NCBI GenBank assembly: GCA_963762145.1
Contig: CAVXJS010000010.1
Location: 260,203-324,202 of the forward strand
Length of the DNA: 64,000 nt
Direction: 5' to 3'
From: an uncultured Candidatus Rokubacteria bacterium
GTDB lineage: Bacteria; Methylomirabilota; Methylomirabilia; Rokubacteriales; CSP1-6
This document shows positions 21,237 to 29,349 of the stretch, piece by piece. The translations under genes were made by a program, and so were the position numbers. The notes below the pieces were generated by a model. The model was given only the letters and a program-made list of their open reading frames with translations. It had not been told where the DNA came from and made no database searches. Position 1 is the stretch's first letter. Every line of letters starts with the position of its first letter.

Positions 21237-22748
21237 TCAGCCGCCCGGCGCGGCGAGCAGCCCGAGGCGGTCCGCCGCCGCGAGGAGGGCCAGCGCGGCG
21301 AACCCCAGCCCGCCCCCGATCACCACGATCTCGCGCCAGAGCGGCGCCCGCAGCGCCTCCGGCAGCAGCGCGCGATTGAGGCGCAGGGTGTGGAAGGACA
21401 GCACCGCGAAGTTCAGCGCCGCGACGTTCGCGCCGATCACGATGACGGTGAGCGGGTCGCCCGCCGTCATCGCGATGCCCCCCGCAAGCACGAAGAGCGC
21501 GAGGACCGGGTAGTAGACCCAGCCCGCCCCCGCGCTCGCCGGTCGCACGCCGGCCGTCCACAGCATCTCGGTCACGTTGCGCGCGAAGCCCTCCACGATG
21601 CCGACCTGGGTCGAGAAGAAGATCCAGAGCGTGGTCAGGAGCGCGGGGACCCAGAGCAGGGGCCAGTAGCGCCGGGCGAGCTCGCGCGCGAAGATCGCGC
21701 CCGCCCCGAAGCCGCCCGTGTCGGTGCCCGGCGGGATCGCGTCGAGGGCGAGCAGCACCGGCAGCCCCATGCCGATCAGGCAGCCGGCCGTCCACAGGTA
21801 CGAGAGGTCCGCCCGGAGGTAGCGCCACCACTCGCGCCACTTGGCGAGGTTCGCCTCGCTGGGCGGGAAGATCGCTCCCTCGCGCGGCAGCAGGATCGTC
21901 CGATCCCCCACCGGGGTCGGCTGCGCCCCCACGGTGCCCGCCATGCCGAAGCCCTTGTCGCGCAGCCAGTAGGTGAGCATGGCGTTGATCGTGCCGCCCG
22001 CGCCGGAATAGGCCGCGAAGGCGGTGACGAGCGCCCAGTCGGGCGTGGCGGGAGGGAAGCTCGAGGGGATCCAGCCCGGCTCCCACAGCGGCCGGCCCGC
22101 GAAGCTCCACGCGAGCACGGTCCAGGCCCGCCCGGGCACGAACCGGACGGCCAGCCCGACGAGGAGGCCGAGCATCCACGCCATCATGATCCACTCGGTG
22201 ATCTCGAGCGCCCGATGGGCGCGCCGCCCGAGGAGCAGGAAGCCGACCGCGCCGAGGAAGATCAGGTAGCCGAGGCCGACCACCACCTCGCGGTCCTCCG
22301 CGCGCGGCACGCGGCCGAGCAGGAGCGCGGCCAGCGCGGAGCCTCCCGCGAGCGCCCAGCCCGGCCAGCCCACCTGGGCCAGGTGCAGCAGCGAGTAGCC
22401 GGTGGCCCAGAATCGCGCCCCCGGCCGCTGGCGCATGAAGCCCGTGAAGACGGGCTCCCCGGTGGCGAGGGTGTAGCGGGCCATCTCCGCGTTGAGCACG
22501 CCCTGGAAGAGGATCGACAGCGTGCAGATCCAGAGCAGGGTGGGGCCGTAGGCGGTCGCGACGGCGGGGCCGAGCAGCCAGTCGCCCGCACCCAGCGAGA
22601 CCCCGAGCAGGATCGCGCCCGGCCCGATGACCCGGACCAGATTGACGAGCGTGTAGGCGGGCGCGTGCGGGAGGTCGCCCTGCCGCCACGCGGGCAGATC
22701 GCTCACGCGCGGACGCGCCTCCGCCGCCAGATCCAGAGGGCGAGCCAC
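21237..22748 (-). CDS. Nramp-family (distant subgroup) divalent metal transporter-like membrane protein
   Basis: 503-aa intact polytopic ORF. The N-terminal pattern IGPGAILLGVSLGAGDWLLGP..YGPTLLWI..QGVLNAEMARYTLATGEP resembles the GSGE-type Nramp-related subgroup. The canonical DPGN motif is absent. Confidence 0.6.
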   Translation of the reverse strand: MARPLDLAAEARPRVSDLPAWRQGDLPHAPAYTLVNLVRVIGPGAILLGVSLGAGDWLLGPAVATAYGPTLLWICTLSILFQGVLNAEMARYTLATGEPVFTGFMRQRPGARFWATGYSLLHLAQVGWPGWALAGGSALAALLLGRVPRAEDREVVVGLGYLIFLGAVGFLLLGRRAHRALEITEWIMMAWMLGLLVGLAVRFVPGRAWTVLAWSFAGRPLWEPGWIPSSFPPATPDWALVTAFAAYSGAGGTINAMLTYWLRDKGFGMAGTVGAQPTPVGDRTILLPREGAIFPPSEANLAKWREWWRYLRADLSYLWTAGCLIGMGLPVLLALDAIPPGTDTGGFGAGAIFARELARRYWPLLWVPALLTTLWIFFSTQVGIVEGFARNVTEMLWTAGVRPASAGAGWVYYPVLALFVLAGGIAMTAGDPLTVIVIGANVAALNFAVLSFHTLRLNRALLPEALRAPLWREIVVIGGGLGFAALALLAAADRLGLLAAPGG

Positions 22749-23281
22749 GCGGCGGGAACGCTCAGCCAGAGCCAGCCCGCCGGCGCGGCGGCGGCCACGT
22801 CGATCGCGAGCATCACGGTGCCGCCGGCGGCGGCGGCCCAGAGGAGGAGCCGCGCGAGCCCGTCGGCGGCGCGGCGCGGGCCCAGCGTGGCCACCAGGAG
22901 AGCGCCGGCGGCCGCGCTGCCGTCGAGCAGCACGTCCACGAGGCGGCCCTCACGGGTGGGAGTCAGCGCCTGGCGTATCTCGTCGAGGCCGGCGGTCAAC
23001 ATCGCGAGGGCGAGCGGCCATCGCCAGGGCGCGGGCCCGCCGGGGCCGGCCAGGGCGCGGCGCCAGAGCAGGGCGAGCACCGCGTACTCGACGACGTGAC
23101 CGGTCTTCCGCAGGAGCCAGTGGGCTCCCGCGATCTGCTCGAGGGTCGCCCAGGGCATCAGCGCGCGCAGCCAGGGCTCGATGAGCGGCGCCGTGGCGCC
23201 CCCGTGATAGCGGGCGCCCGAGAACCACGCGATCACCACCGACCACGCGAGCGGCGGCAGGAATCGGAGCGCCGTCGTCAC
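22703..23281 (-). CDS. VanZ-like family membrane protein
   Basis: 192-aa ORF with ..KTGHVVEYAVLALL.. and ..LDEIRQALTPTREGRLVDVLLDGSAAAG.. as in VanZ-like proteins. Confidence 0.6.
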   Translation of the reverse strand: MTTALRFLPPLAWSVVIAWFSGARYHGGATAPLIEPWLRALMPWATLEQIAGAHWLLRKTGHVVEYAVLALLWRRALAGPGGPAPWRWPLALAMLTAGLDEIRQALTPTREGRLVDVLLDGSAAAGALLVATLGPRRAADGLARLLLWAAAAGGTVMLAIDVAAAAPAGWLWLSVPAAWLALWIWRRRRVRA

Positions 23282-23328
23282 GACGATCTAGCGTGGCACA
23301 GGGGGCCCGGGATTGACAACGGGCCGGC

Positions 23329-24390
23329 TCAGAAGAACGCCCGCTCCACGAAGAGGACCGCGCCGACGACGAGAATCGCCAGCGAGGCGCTCCGGATCAG
23401 GCGGGGCTCCCATCCGGTTCTCCGGAGCAGCGCCAGCAGGGGAAGGGCCACCGCCAGGACCAGCGCCTGTCCGAGCTCGACCCCGGCGTTGAACCCGACG
23501 AGCGACAGCACGAGGCCCCGCGTGGGCAGACCGATCTCACGGAGGACGGACGAGAACCCGAAGCCGTGCACCAGCCCGAAGACGAAGCTGACGAGCCACC
23601 GGCGGGAGAGCACCGGATGCGGGAAGAGGTTCTCGGCCGCCACCACCGCGATCGAGAGGGCGATGACCGCTTCCACGAGGCGGTCCGGCAGCGCCACGAT
23701 GTCGAGCGCGGCGAGCGTGAGGGTGAGGCTGTGGGCCAGGGTGAAGGCGGTGATGATCTTGACGAGCGAGAGCCAGCCCCCGCCGCGCAGCATGAGCGCC
23801 AGGAGGAAGAGCAGGTGGTCCCAGCCGGTCAGGATGTGCTCGACCCCGAGCACCACGAAGCTGGCGGCGCCGGGGCGCCGCTCGTCGAGGCTCACCCGGG
23901 CCTCGCGCGCCTCGGTGCCGAACGCGAACTGGCTGGTCACGCCGGCCGCGTCGATGCGGGCCAGCGTGTGGTAATCGGCGCCCAGCGCGTCCGGAAGATC
24001 GTCCCGGATCTGGAGGTCGCGCACCACGAGGCCGCACGCGTAGTCCACCACCAGGATCAGGCTCTCGGCGGGCGGCGCCGGATCGGCCAGCGACCCCGGG
24101 CCGGGTTCGCATCGTCGTCCCTGCGCGACGAGCGCCACCTTGTCGCGGACCACGCCGAGGAGCCGGCTGCGCTCCGGGCCGGGCGCGGCGCGCGCGAGCC
24201 CCCACGTCTCGATCATCTCGGGGGGCACGCTCGCCGGCCACAGGGTCAGCGAGTAACGGACGCGCTCGCCGTCGATCGCGATCGCGGCGTAGCCGTTGCG
24301 CCCGCCGGTGTGGGCCGAGACGCTCGCGGCGGCCGCCGCGAGGACCGCGAGGACCGCGAGGCCCGCCAGGGCCGTCCACGCGGCCCTCAT
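23329..24390 (-). CDS. HupE/UreJ-family membrane protein
   Basis: Signal-like start MRAAWTALAGLAVLAVLAAAAA, an extracytoplasmic domain, then HILTGWDHLLFLLALML..TAFTLAHSLTLTLAAL..GLVHGFGFS typical of HupE/UreJ_2. The ATG overlaps the upstream stop (ATGA). Confidence 0.7.
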   Translation of the reverse strand: MRAAWTALAGLAVLAVLAAAAASVSAHTGGRNGYAAIAIDGERVRYSLTLWPASVPPEMIETWGLARAAPGPERSRLLGVVRDKVALVAQGRRCEPGPGSLADPAPPAESLILVVDYACGLVVRDLQIRDDLPDALGADYHTLARIDAAGVTSQFAFGTEAREARVSLDERRPGAASFVVLGVEHILTGWDHLLFLLALMLRGGGWLSLVKIITAFTLAHSLTLTLAALDIVALPDRLVEAVIALSIAVVAAENLFPHPVLSRRWLVSFVFGLVHGFGFSSVLREIGLPTRGLVLSLVGFNAGVELGQALVLAVALPLLALLRRTGWEPRLIRSASLAILVVGAVLFVERAFF

Positions 24391-25017
24391 CAGCGCGGCG
24401 GCCCGGTCGCCCGCGACGGCTCCGGCGCCGCGGCCATCGTCCGGATCAGCTCCCGTAGATTGTCGATCTGATACGCGGGGATCGTCACCACCACCGGATG
24501 CCCCACCGCGCGTCACGTAGCGGCTGACCGTGTCGGGAGCCACGTGGCCCACCGCGTACTGCACGAGCGGCTGCGCCTGCCCCGGCCGGTACACGAGGAT
24601 GACGAGCTCCGGCGAGGCGACCCCGTAAACGGCGCCGTCCTTGCCCAGCGGGAAGTCCCGCTCGGCGCGCGCCCGGTCGAGCGCGGCGAGGGCCCGCGCG
24701 ATCCGCTCCGCGCGCGCCGGATCGGGATCGTGGGTGTGGGCGCTCTCGGCGGCGTCGTGGGCGCCGTGATAGAACCACGCGCCCGCTGCGTCGCGCTCGA
24801 ACCGGTGGACCCGCCCGGCGTCGGCGATCTCGATCGCCCCGACCTCGCTCAGCGGGACGGGCAGCAGGCGGCGGGGGTCGGCGGGACCGGCTCCTCCCGA
24901 CGTCGCGCGGAGATGGTCCGCCCATTCCAGCGCCCCGATTCCCACCGTCAGGGCCCCCAGTAGCAGCCAGACGACGGTGAGCCCGCGGCGCCGCGGGCTC
25001 AATGCTGCTTCCACCAC
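24390..25017 (-). pseudogene. DUF4340-like protein (GldG-operon accessory), one frameshift near 24500
   Basis: N-terminal TM, then ..IEIADAGRVHRFERDAAGAWFY... Switching frame gives GHPVVVTIPAYQIDNLRELIRTMAAAPE.. and a stop at 24390-24392. The 562-aa ORF in the track is a read-through artefact. Confidence 0.6.
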
Positions 25018-26588
25018 ACCGCGGTGCCGACCATCGCGAGCAGGGCGGGCACGAGCAGCACCGCGACGAAGAACGTGGCCTTCATCTGTCGGTTGGTGAG
25101 GTTGATGCGCGGCAGGTCCGCGCTCCGGGGCTGCAGGCCGATCAGGTTTTCCTGCGCGCCCAGGAAGTTGACCGCGTTCAGGAACAGCGCGCCGTTGCCC
25201 ATGATGTGGAAGAAGGAGTTGGTGGCGAAGTCCGAGTCGCCCACCACCGCGATCCGGGAGCGCGGGCCCTCGGGCGCGGGCCCATCGCCGGTGGCGACCG
25301 GCCGGCGCAGCGCGACCGCCATCAGCGTGTTCGGGCCCGGCACGTCGCGGCCCTTGACGAAGCCCACGCGATCCGGGCTGGCTTGCCCCCAGCTGTTCTT
25401 CGACGAGTTCAGTAGCGGGACCACCGAGGTGCCGGGGACGCGCTGCGGGGTGGGGGAGACCGAGCGCGCGCCCGGGAAGAAGGTGAGCGGCAGGTCGCGG
25501 GTGATCTGGTGCCGGTTGTAGTCGCTGACCGCCGGGGAGGAAACGTCGGCCCAGAAGTGGCTCGCCTCGTCGATGACGATGTCGTCGTCAACCACGATGC
25601 CGTATTCGCGGATCACCGGCTCGAGACCGGTGGAGACGAACGGGTCGAGCAGGAAGAGGGCGTTGCCACCCGCGACGAGGTAGGCCCGGATCGCCTCCAC
25701 CTCCGCCGGAAGCAGCGGCACCTTGGGCCCCGCCACCACCAGCACCCCGCACCCGGCCAGCCCGTTCGCCTGCTGCAACAGCGAGACCTTCTCCGCCTTG
25801 TAGTTCAGGGTCTCCAGCGCGTGGCGCGCCTTGCCGAGGCCGTGACGCTCGTGCAGCACGTACTTGGCGCCCAGCCCGTGCGAGTGGCCGGGCGCGCCCT
25901 CGAGATGGTCGTGGGCCTCGAGACTGAAGGGATCCGCCTCCCGGTGGCCGTCGAGGAAGCACACCCGCTGGGTCGCGCTCTGGGACACGCGCAGGATCCC
26001 GTTGGCGATGTCGGTCTCGCTGCCGCCGTTGACCTGGAGCGTGCGCCCCTCGCTCTCCATGACCGCGGTGCCCGCGAAGTTGACGCCGAGCATGCGCGCC
26101 TGGGCCGGGTTGATCATCGGATCGTAGAACTCGACCGCGATCCGCGGACTCTGCGCGGCGATCAGCTGATAGAGCTCGACGGTGTCGCGCATCATCGGAT
26201 CGTGGAAGAACACGATGCGCACCGGCCGATCGAGCCGCTTGAGCATGGTGGCGGTGGGTTCGGAGAGCGAGTACGCCCCGGTGGTGGAGAGGTCGAACCG
26301 GAACGGATAGCGTACCGAAAGATAGGCGATCGCGACCAGGATACCGACGATCCCCAGCGCGAAGAGCGCGATCTCGGCCCGTCGGCGATGGGCGAGGGCG
26401 GCGAGCCGGTGCCTCAGCCCGAACGCGCCGATCGCCGCGAGCAGGGCCCCGGCGCCCGCGAGGACCCACGTGGCGGTGACGGTCTCGAGGAGGATCGCGT
26501 GCACCACGAGGGCGGCCGCGAGCAGCGCGATCCCCGCGAGGAGGATCAGCCCCGAGCGGATCGAGCGGTCCCGCCCTAGCGTCGCCAC
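24999..26588 (-). CDS. GldG-family ABC-type transport auxiliary protein
   Basis: The part of ORF 24999..27416 starting at GTG 26588 has TM segments at both ends and a large middle domain (..RFDLSTTGAYSLSEPT..VRIVFFHDP.., ..RIAVVGDSDFATNSFF..) as in GldG. Confidence 0.75.
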   Translation of the reverse strand: MATLGRDRSIRSGLILLAGIALLAAALVVHAILLETVTATWVLAGAGALLAAIGAFGLRHRLAALAHRRRAEIALFALGIVGILVAIAYLSVRYPFRFDLSTTGAYSLSEPTATMLKRLDRPVRIVFFHDPMMRDTVELYQLIAAQSPRIAVEFYDPMINPAQARMLGVNFAGTAVMESEGRTLQVNGGSETDIANGILRVSQSATQRVCFLDGHREADPFSLEAHDHLEGAPGHSHGLGAKYVLHERHGLGKARHALETLNYKAEKVSLLQQANGLAGCGVLVVAGPKVPLLPAEVEAIRAYLVAGGNALFLLDPFVSTGLEPVIREYGIVVDDDIVIDEASHFWADVSSPAVSDYNRHQITRDLPLTFFPGARSVSPTPQRVPGTSVVPLLNSSKNSWGQASPDRVGFVKGRDVPGPNTLMAVALRRPVATGDGPAPEGPRSRIAVVGDSDFATNSFFHIMGNGALFLNAVNFLGAQENLIGLQPRSADLPRINLTNRQMKATFFVAVLLVPALLAMVGTAVWWKQH

Positions 26589-27283
26589 TGGAGATACGCC
26601 ACGCTGAGAGTCAGCGCGATCGCGGAGACGATCATGTAGAACACCACCGCCTCGGTGCGCACGAGGCCCTGGATGAACTCGGTGAAGTGGCGGGAGAACG
26701 ACAGGTAACCGACGAGCGCGCGCATGCCCGGCGAGGCCTGAAAGGACTGGAGGTGTCCCACGAACCAGAAGGCGAGGAGCACCGCGGCGGAGAGCAGGGC
26801 GGCCACGATCTGGTTGTGGGTCACGGTCGAGAAGAGCTGGCCGACGGCGAGGCACGCCAGGCCGAGCAGCACGAACCCGAGGTAGCCGGACAGGATCGTG
26901 GTGGTCTCGGGCGTGCCGAAGAGGTAGAGCGGGATCAGGTCGACCGTGGTGCCCGCGGTGATCAGCAGGAGGATGGTGGCCGCGCCCAGGAACTTCCCGA
27001 CGACGATCTGCCACGGGGAGAGCGGCAGCGTGAAGAGCAGCTCCGCGGTGCCCGCGTTGTACTCGGCGGCGAGCAGCCGCATCGAGATCACCGGGGCCAG
27101 GGTCGTCAGGAGGATGCCCATGTTCTGGAACGTCCCCGCCATCGCGGTCTCGCCGCTCAGGAAGATGTTGTAGAGGAAGAAGTAGCCGCTGCCGAGCAGG
27201 AATACCGCGACCACGTAGTAGGCGATCGGCGACCGGAAGTAGGTCGCCATCTCCTTGCGGTAGACCGCCAGGGTTCCGCTCAC
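26576..27283 (-). CDS. ABC-2 type transporter permease
   Basis: ..YRKEMATYFRSPIAYYVVAVFLLGSGYFF.. with six predicted TM segments. The GTG start overlaps the ATPase stop. Confidence 0.8.
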   Translation of the reverse strand: MSGTLAVYRKEMATYFRSPIAYYVVAVFLLGSGYFFLYNIFLSGETAMAGTFQNMGILLTTLAPVISMRLLAAEYNAGTAELLFTLPLSPWQIVVGKFLGAATILLLITAGTTVDLIPLYLFGTPETTTILSGYLGFVLLGLACLAVGQLFSTVTHNQIVAALLSAAVLLAFWFVGHLQSFQASPGMRALVGYLSFSRHFTEFIQGLVRTEAVVFYMIVSAIALTLSVAYLQWRR

Positions 27284-28254
27284 GCCGCCTCCCCGCTCGC
27301 GGGCGAGTCCTGGACGTACCGCAGGAAGATGTTCTCGAGGGTGGGCTGGCTCCGCTCGAGGCGATGCAGATCGAAGTGGCCGGCGACCGCGCGGGCGATC
27401 GCCGCCTCCACGCCATCGCGGGCGTCCACCTGGCAGTCGACGGTGAGCACGCCGGGCTCGGCCGCCTCCGCGCGCAGGTCGACCGCCCGGACCCCGTCCA
27501 CCGCCAGTAGCGCGTCTCGCAGGGCGGGCGCAGCCCCGGTGACCCGCAGCGAGACCCGGTTGGTCTGCTCCATCGCGCGCTGGAGGCCGGATGGGGAGTC
27601 GATGGCGAGCAGCCGGCCGTGGTTGATGATGGCCACCCGGCGGCAGATCAGGGTGGCCTCCGCGAGGATGTGGGTGCTGAGCAGGACCGCGTGCTCGGCT
27701 CCGAAGGCCCGGATCACCTCGCGCGTCTCCTGGATCTGGCCGGGATCGAGACCGGCGGTGGGCTCGTCGAGCAGTAGCACCTCGGGCGATCCCAGGAGGG
27801 CCTGCGCCAGGCCCAGCCGCTGCCGGTAGCCCTTGGAGAGCTTGTAGATCTCGTGATGGAGCACCGCCTCCAGACGGCACGCGACGGTGACCCGCTCGAG
27901 CTCCGCGGGGATCGCGGTCCGGGCCACGCCCTTGGCCCGGGCCACGAACCGGAGATACGCGGAAACGCCGAGCGCGTCGTAGAGCGGCGGGCGCTCCGGA
28001 AGATAGCCGATGCGCCGGGCCGCCTCGACGTTCTGGGTCGCCATGTCGTACCCGGCCACCGTCACCCGTCCCGAGGTGGCCGCGGTGAAGCCGGCGATCA
28101 TGCGCATGGTGGTGGTCTTGCCCGCCCCGTTGGGTCCGAGGAAGCCGACGATCTCCCCCCGGCCGACCGTGAAGGAGAGGTCGTGAATGATCGAGGCGGA
28201 GCCGTAGCGCTTCGACACCGATTCGAGGGTGATGACCGGGGCGGATGTACGCAT
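27280..28254 (-). CDS. ABC transporter ATP-binding protein
   Basis: 324-aa ORF with Walker A GPNGAGKTT, the signature LSKGYRQRLGLAQAL and Walker B LLLDEPTAGLD. Confidence 0.9.
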   Translation of the reverse strand: MRTSAPVITLESVSKRYGSASIIHDLSFTVGRGEIVGFLGPNGAGKTTTMRMIAGFTAATSGRVTVAGYDMATQNVEAARRIGYLPERPPLYDALGVSAYLRFVARAKGVARTAIPAELERVTVACRLEAVLHHEIYKLSKGYRQRLGLAQALLGSPEVLLLDEPTAGLDPGQIQETREVIRAFGAEHAVLLSTHILAEATLICRRVAIINHGRLLAIDSPSGLQRAMEQTNRVSLRVTGAAPALRDALLAVDGVRAVDLRAEAAEPGVLTVDCQVDARDGVEAAIARAVAGHFDLHRLERSQPTLENIFLRYVQDSPASGEAA

Positions 28255-28315
28255 GGCAGAAACAAGAAAGCCCCCCGCGCCGGGGGGCTTTCTCAGGCCT
28301 TCGCTCGTGGAGCGG

Positions 28316-29179
28316 CTACTTATACCACTTGTTGCCGCCGGCCTTCCACTGATCCTGATCGTGGCCGAAGTAGATGTCCGCGTTCTCGAGATCGCGGATC
28401 ATCTTCAGGCGGTTCACCGAGTTGTTGTAGTCCTTGACGCTGTAGTTGAGCCCGGCCGGATGACCTTCCATGTTCTCCTTCATCCAGATGGCGTCCTGGG
28501 CCAGGACCATCGTCTTGCCGCCCGCGAGCTTGATCCGCACCGACTGGTGGCCGAGGGTGTGGCCCGGGGTGCTGAGGATCGTGACCGAGCCGTCGCCGAA
28601 CAGGTCGTAGTCGCCGTCGAGCTCCAGGTAGTTGAACTCGCGGGCCGGCCCATCGAAGTCCGCCATCACGAAGGCCCCGCCGTCCCGCTGGAACTTCTCC
28701 GGCCACCACGCCTGATACAGCTCCTTCTTCTGGAGGACGTGGACCGCCTTCGGGAACATCTTGATGTTCCCGATGTGGTCCAGGTGGGAGTGCGAGGTGA
28801 TCACCGCCTTGACCTGGTCGGTCGAATACCCGAGCTTCTTGAGCTGCGAATCGATGGTGTCTTCACGCTTCTGGCTGGGCTTGAGGAAGTCGCAGTTGCC
28901 CGCCGCCCAGTGGCTCTTGCACTTGCCGTCGATGATCGCGTTGTTGTTGCCGGTGTCGAAGACGACCAGGCCCTTCGGATGGTCGATGACCCACATGCTG
29001 ACCGGGATCGTGATGTCGCGCGCCTGCTCCTTGGGGATGCTGGGGATCAGCCCCTGGATGTTGAACGGGCCGAAGAGCCCGCTGCTCGCCCAGTAGACGC
29101 CCTTGACCTGCGCGTCGGCGGCGAGCGGGAGCACGAACGAGCAGCTGAGCAGCACCGCGAGGATTCCGAACTTCTTCAT
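28316..29179 (-). CDS. secreted MBL-fold metallo-hydrolase (N-acyl-homoserine-lactonase-like)
   Basis: Signal peptide MKKFGILAVLLSCSFVLPLAADA, the HxHxDH motif (TSHSHLDHIGN), and later TPGHTLGH. Confidence 0.75.
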   Translation of the reverse strand: MKKFGILAVLLSCSFVLPLAADAQVKGVYWASSGLFGPFNIQGLIPSIPKEQARDITIPVSMWVIDHPKGLVVFDTGNNNAIIDGKCKSHWAAGNCDFLKPSQKREDTIDSQLKKLGYSTDQVKAVITSHSHLDHIGNIKMFPKAVHVLQKKELYQAWWPEKFQRDGGAFVMADFDGPAREFNYLELDGDYDLFGDGSVTILSTPGHTLGHQSVRIKLAGGKTMVLAQDAIWMKENMEGHPAGLNYSVKDYNNSVNRLKMIRDLENADIYFGHDQDQWKAGGNKWYK

Positions 29180-29349
29180 GGCGGGATCTCCCTTGACCCT
29201 TCTCCGATCAGAGCACCGCACGACTGCTGACCCGGCGCGACCATAGCGCGAGGGTTCGCCGGATGTCAAGGTGGCGCGCAGCAGGAGCCCCGGGGGGTCC
29301 TTCCCTGCAAAGTTGACAACTTGCACCCACTAAACATAGGCTGAGCCCC

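Noticed and set aside
23329-25017. 562-aa ORF as a DUF4340-HupE fusion protein
   Set aside because: A frame switch near 24500 restores a normal DUF4340-type C-terminus with its own stop, which overlaps the ATG of a separate HupE/UreJ gene (ATGA at 24388-24392).
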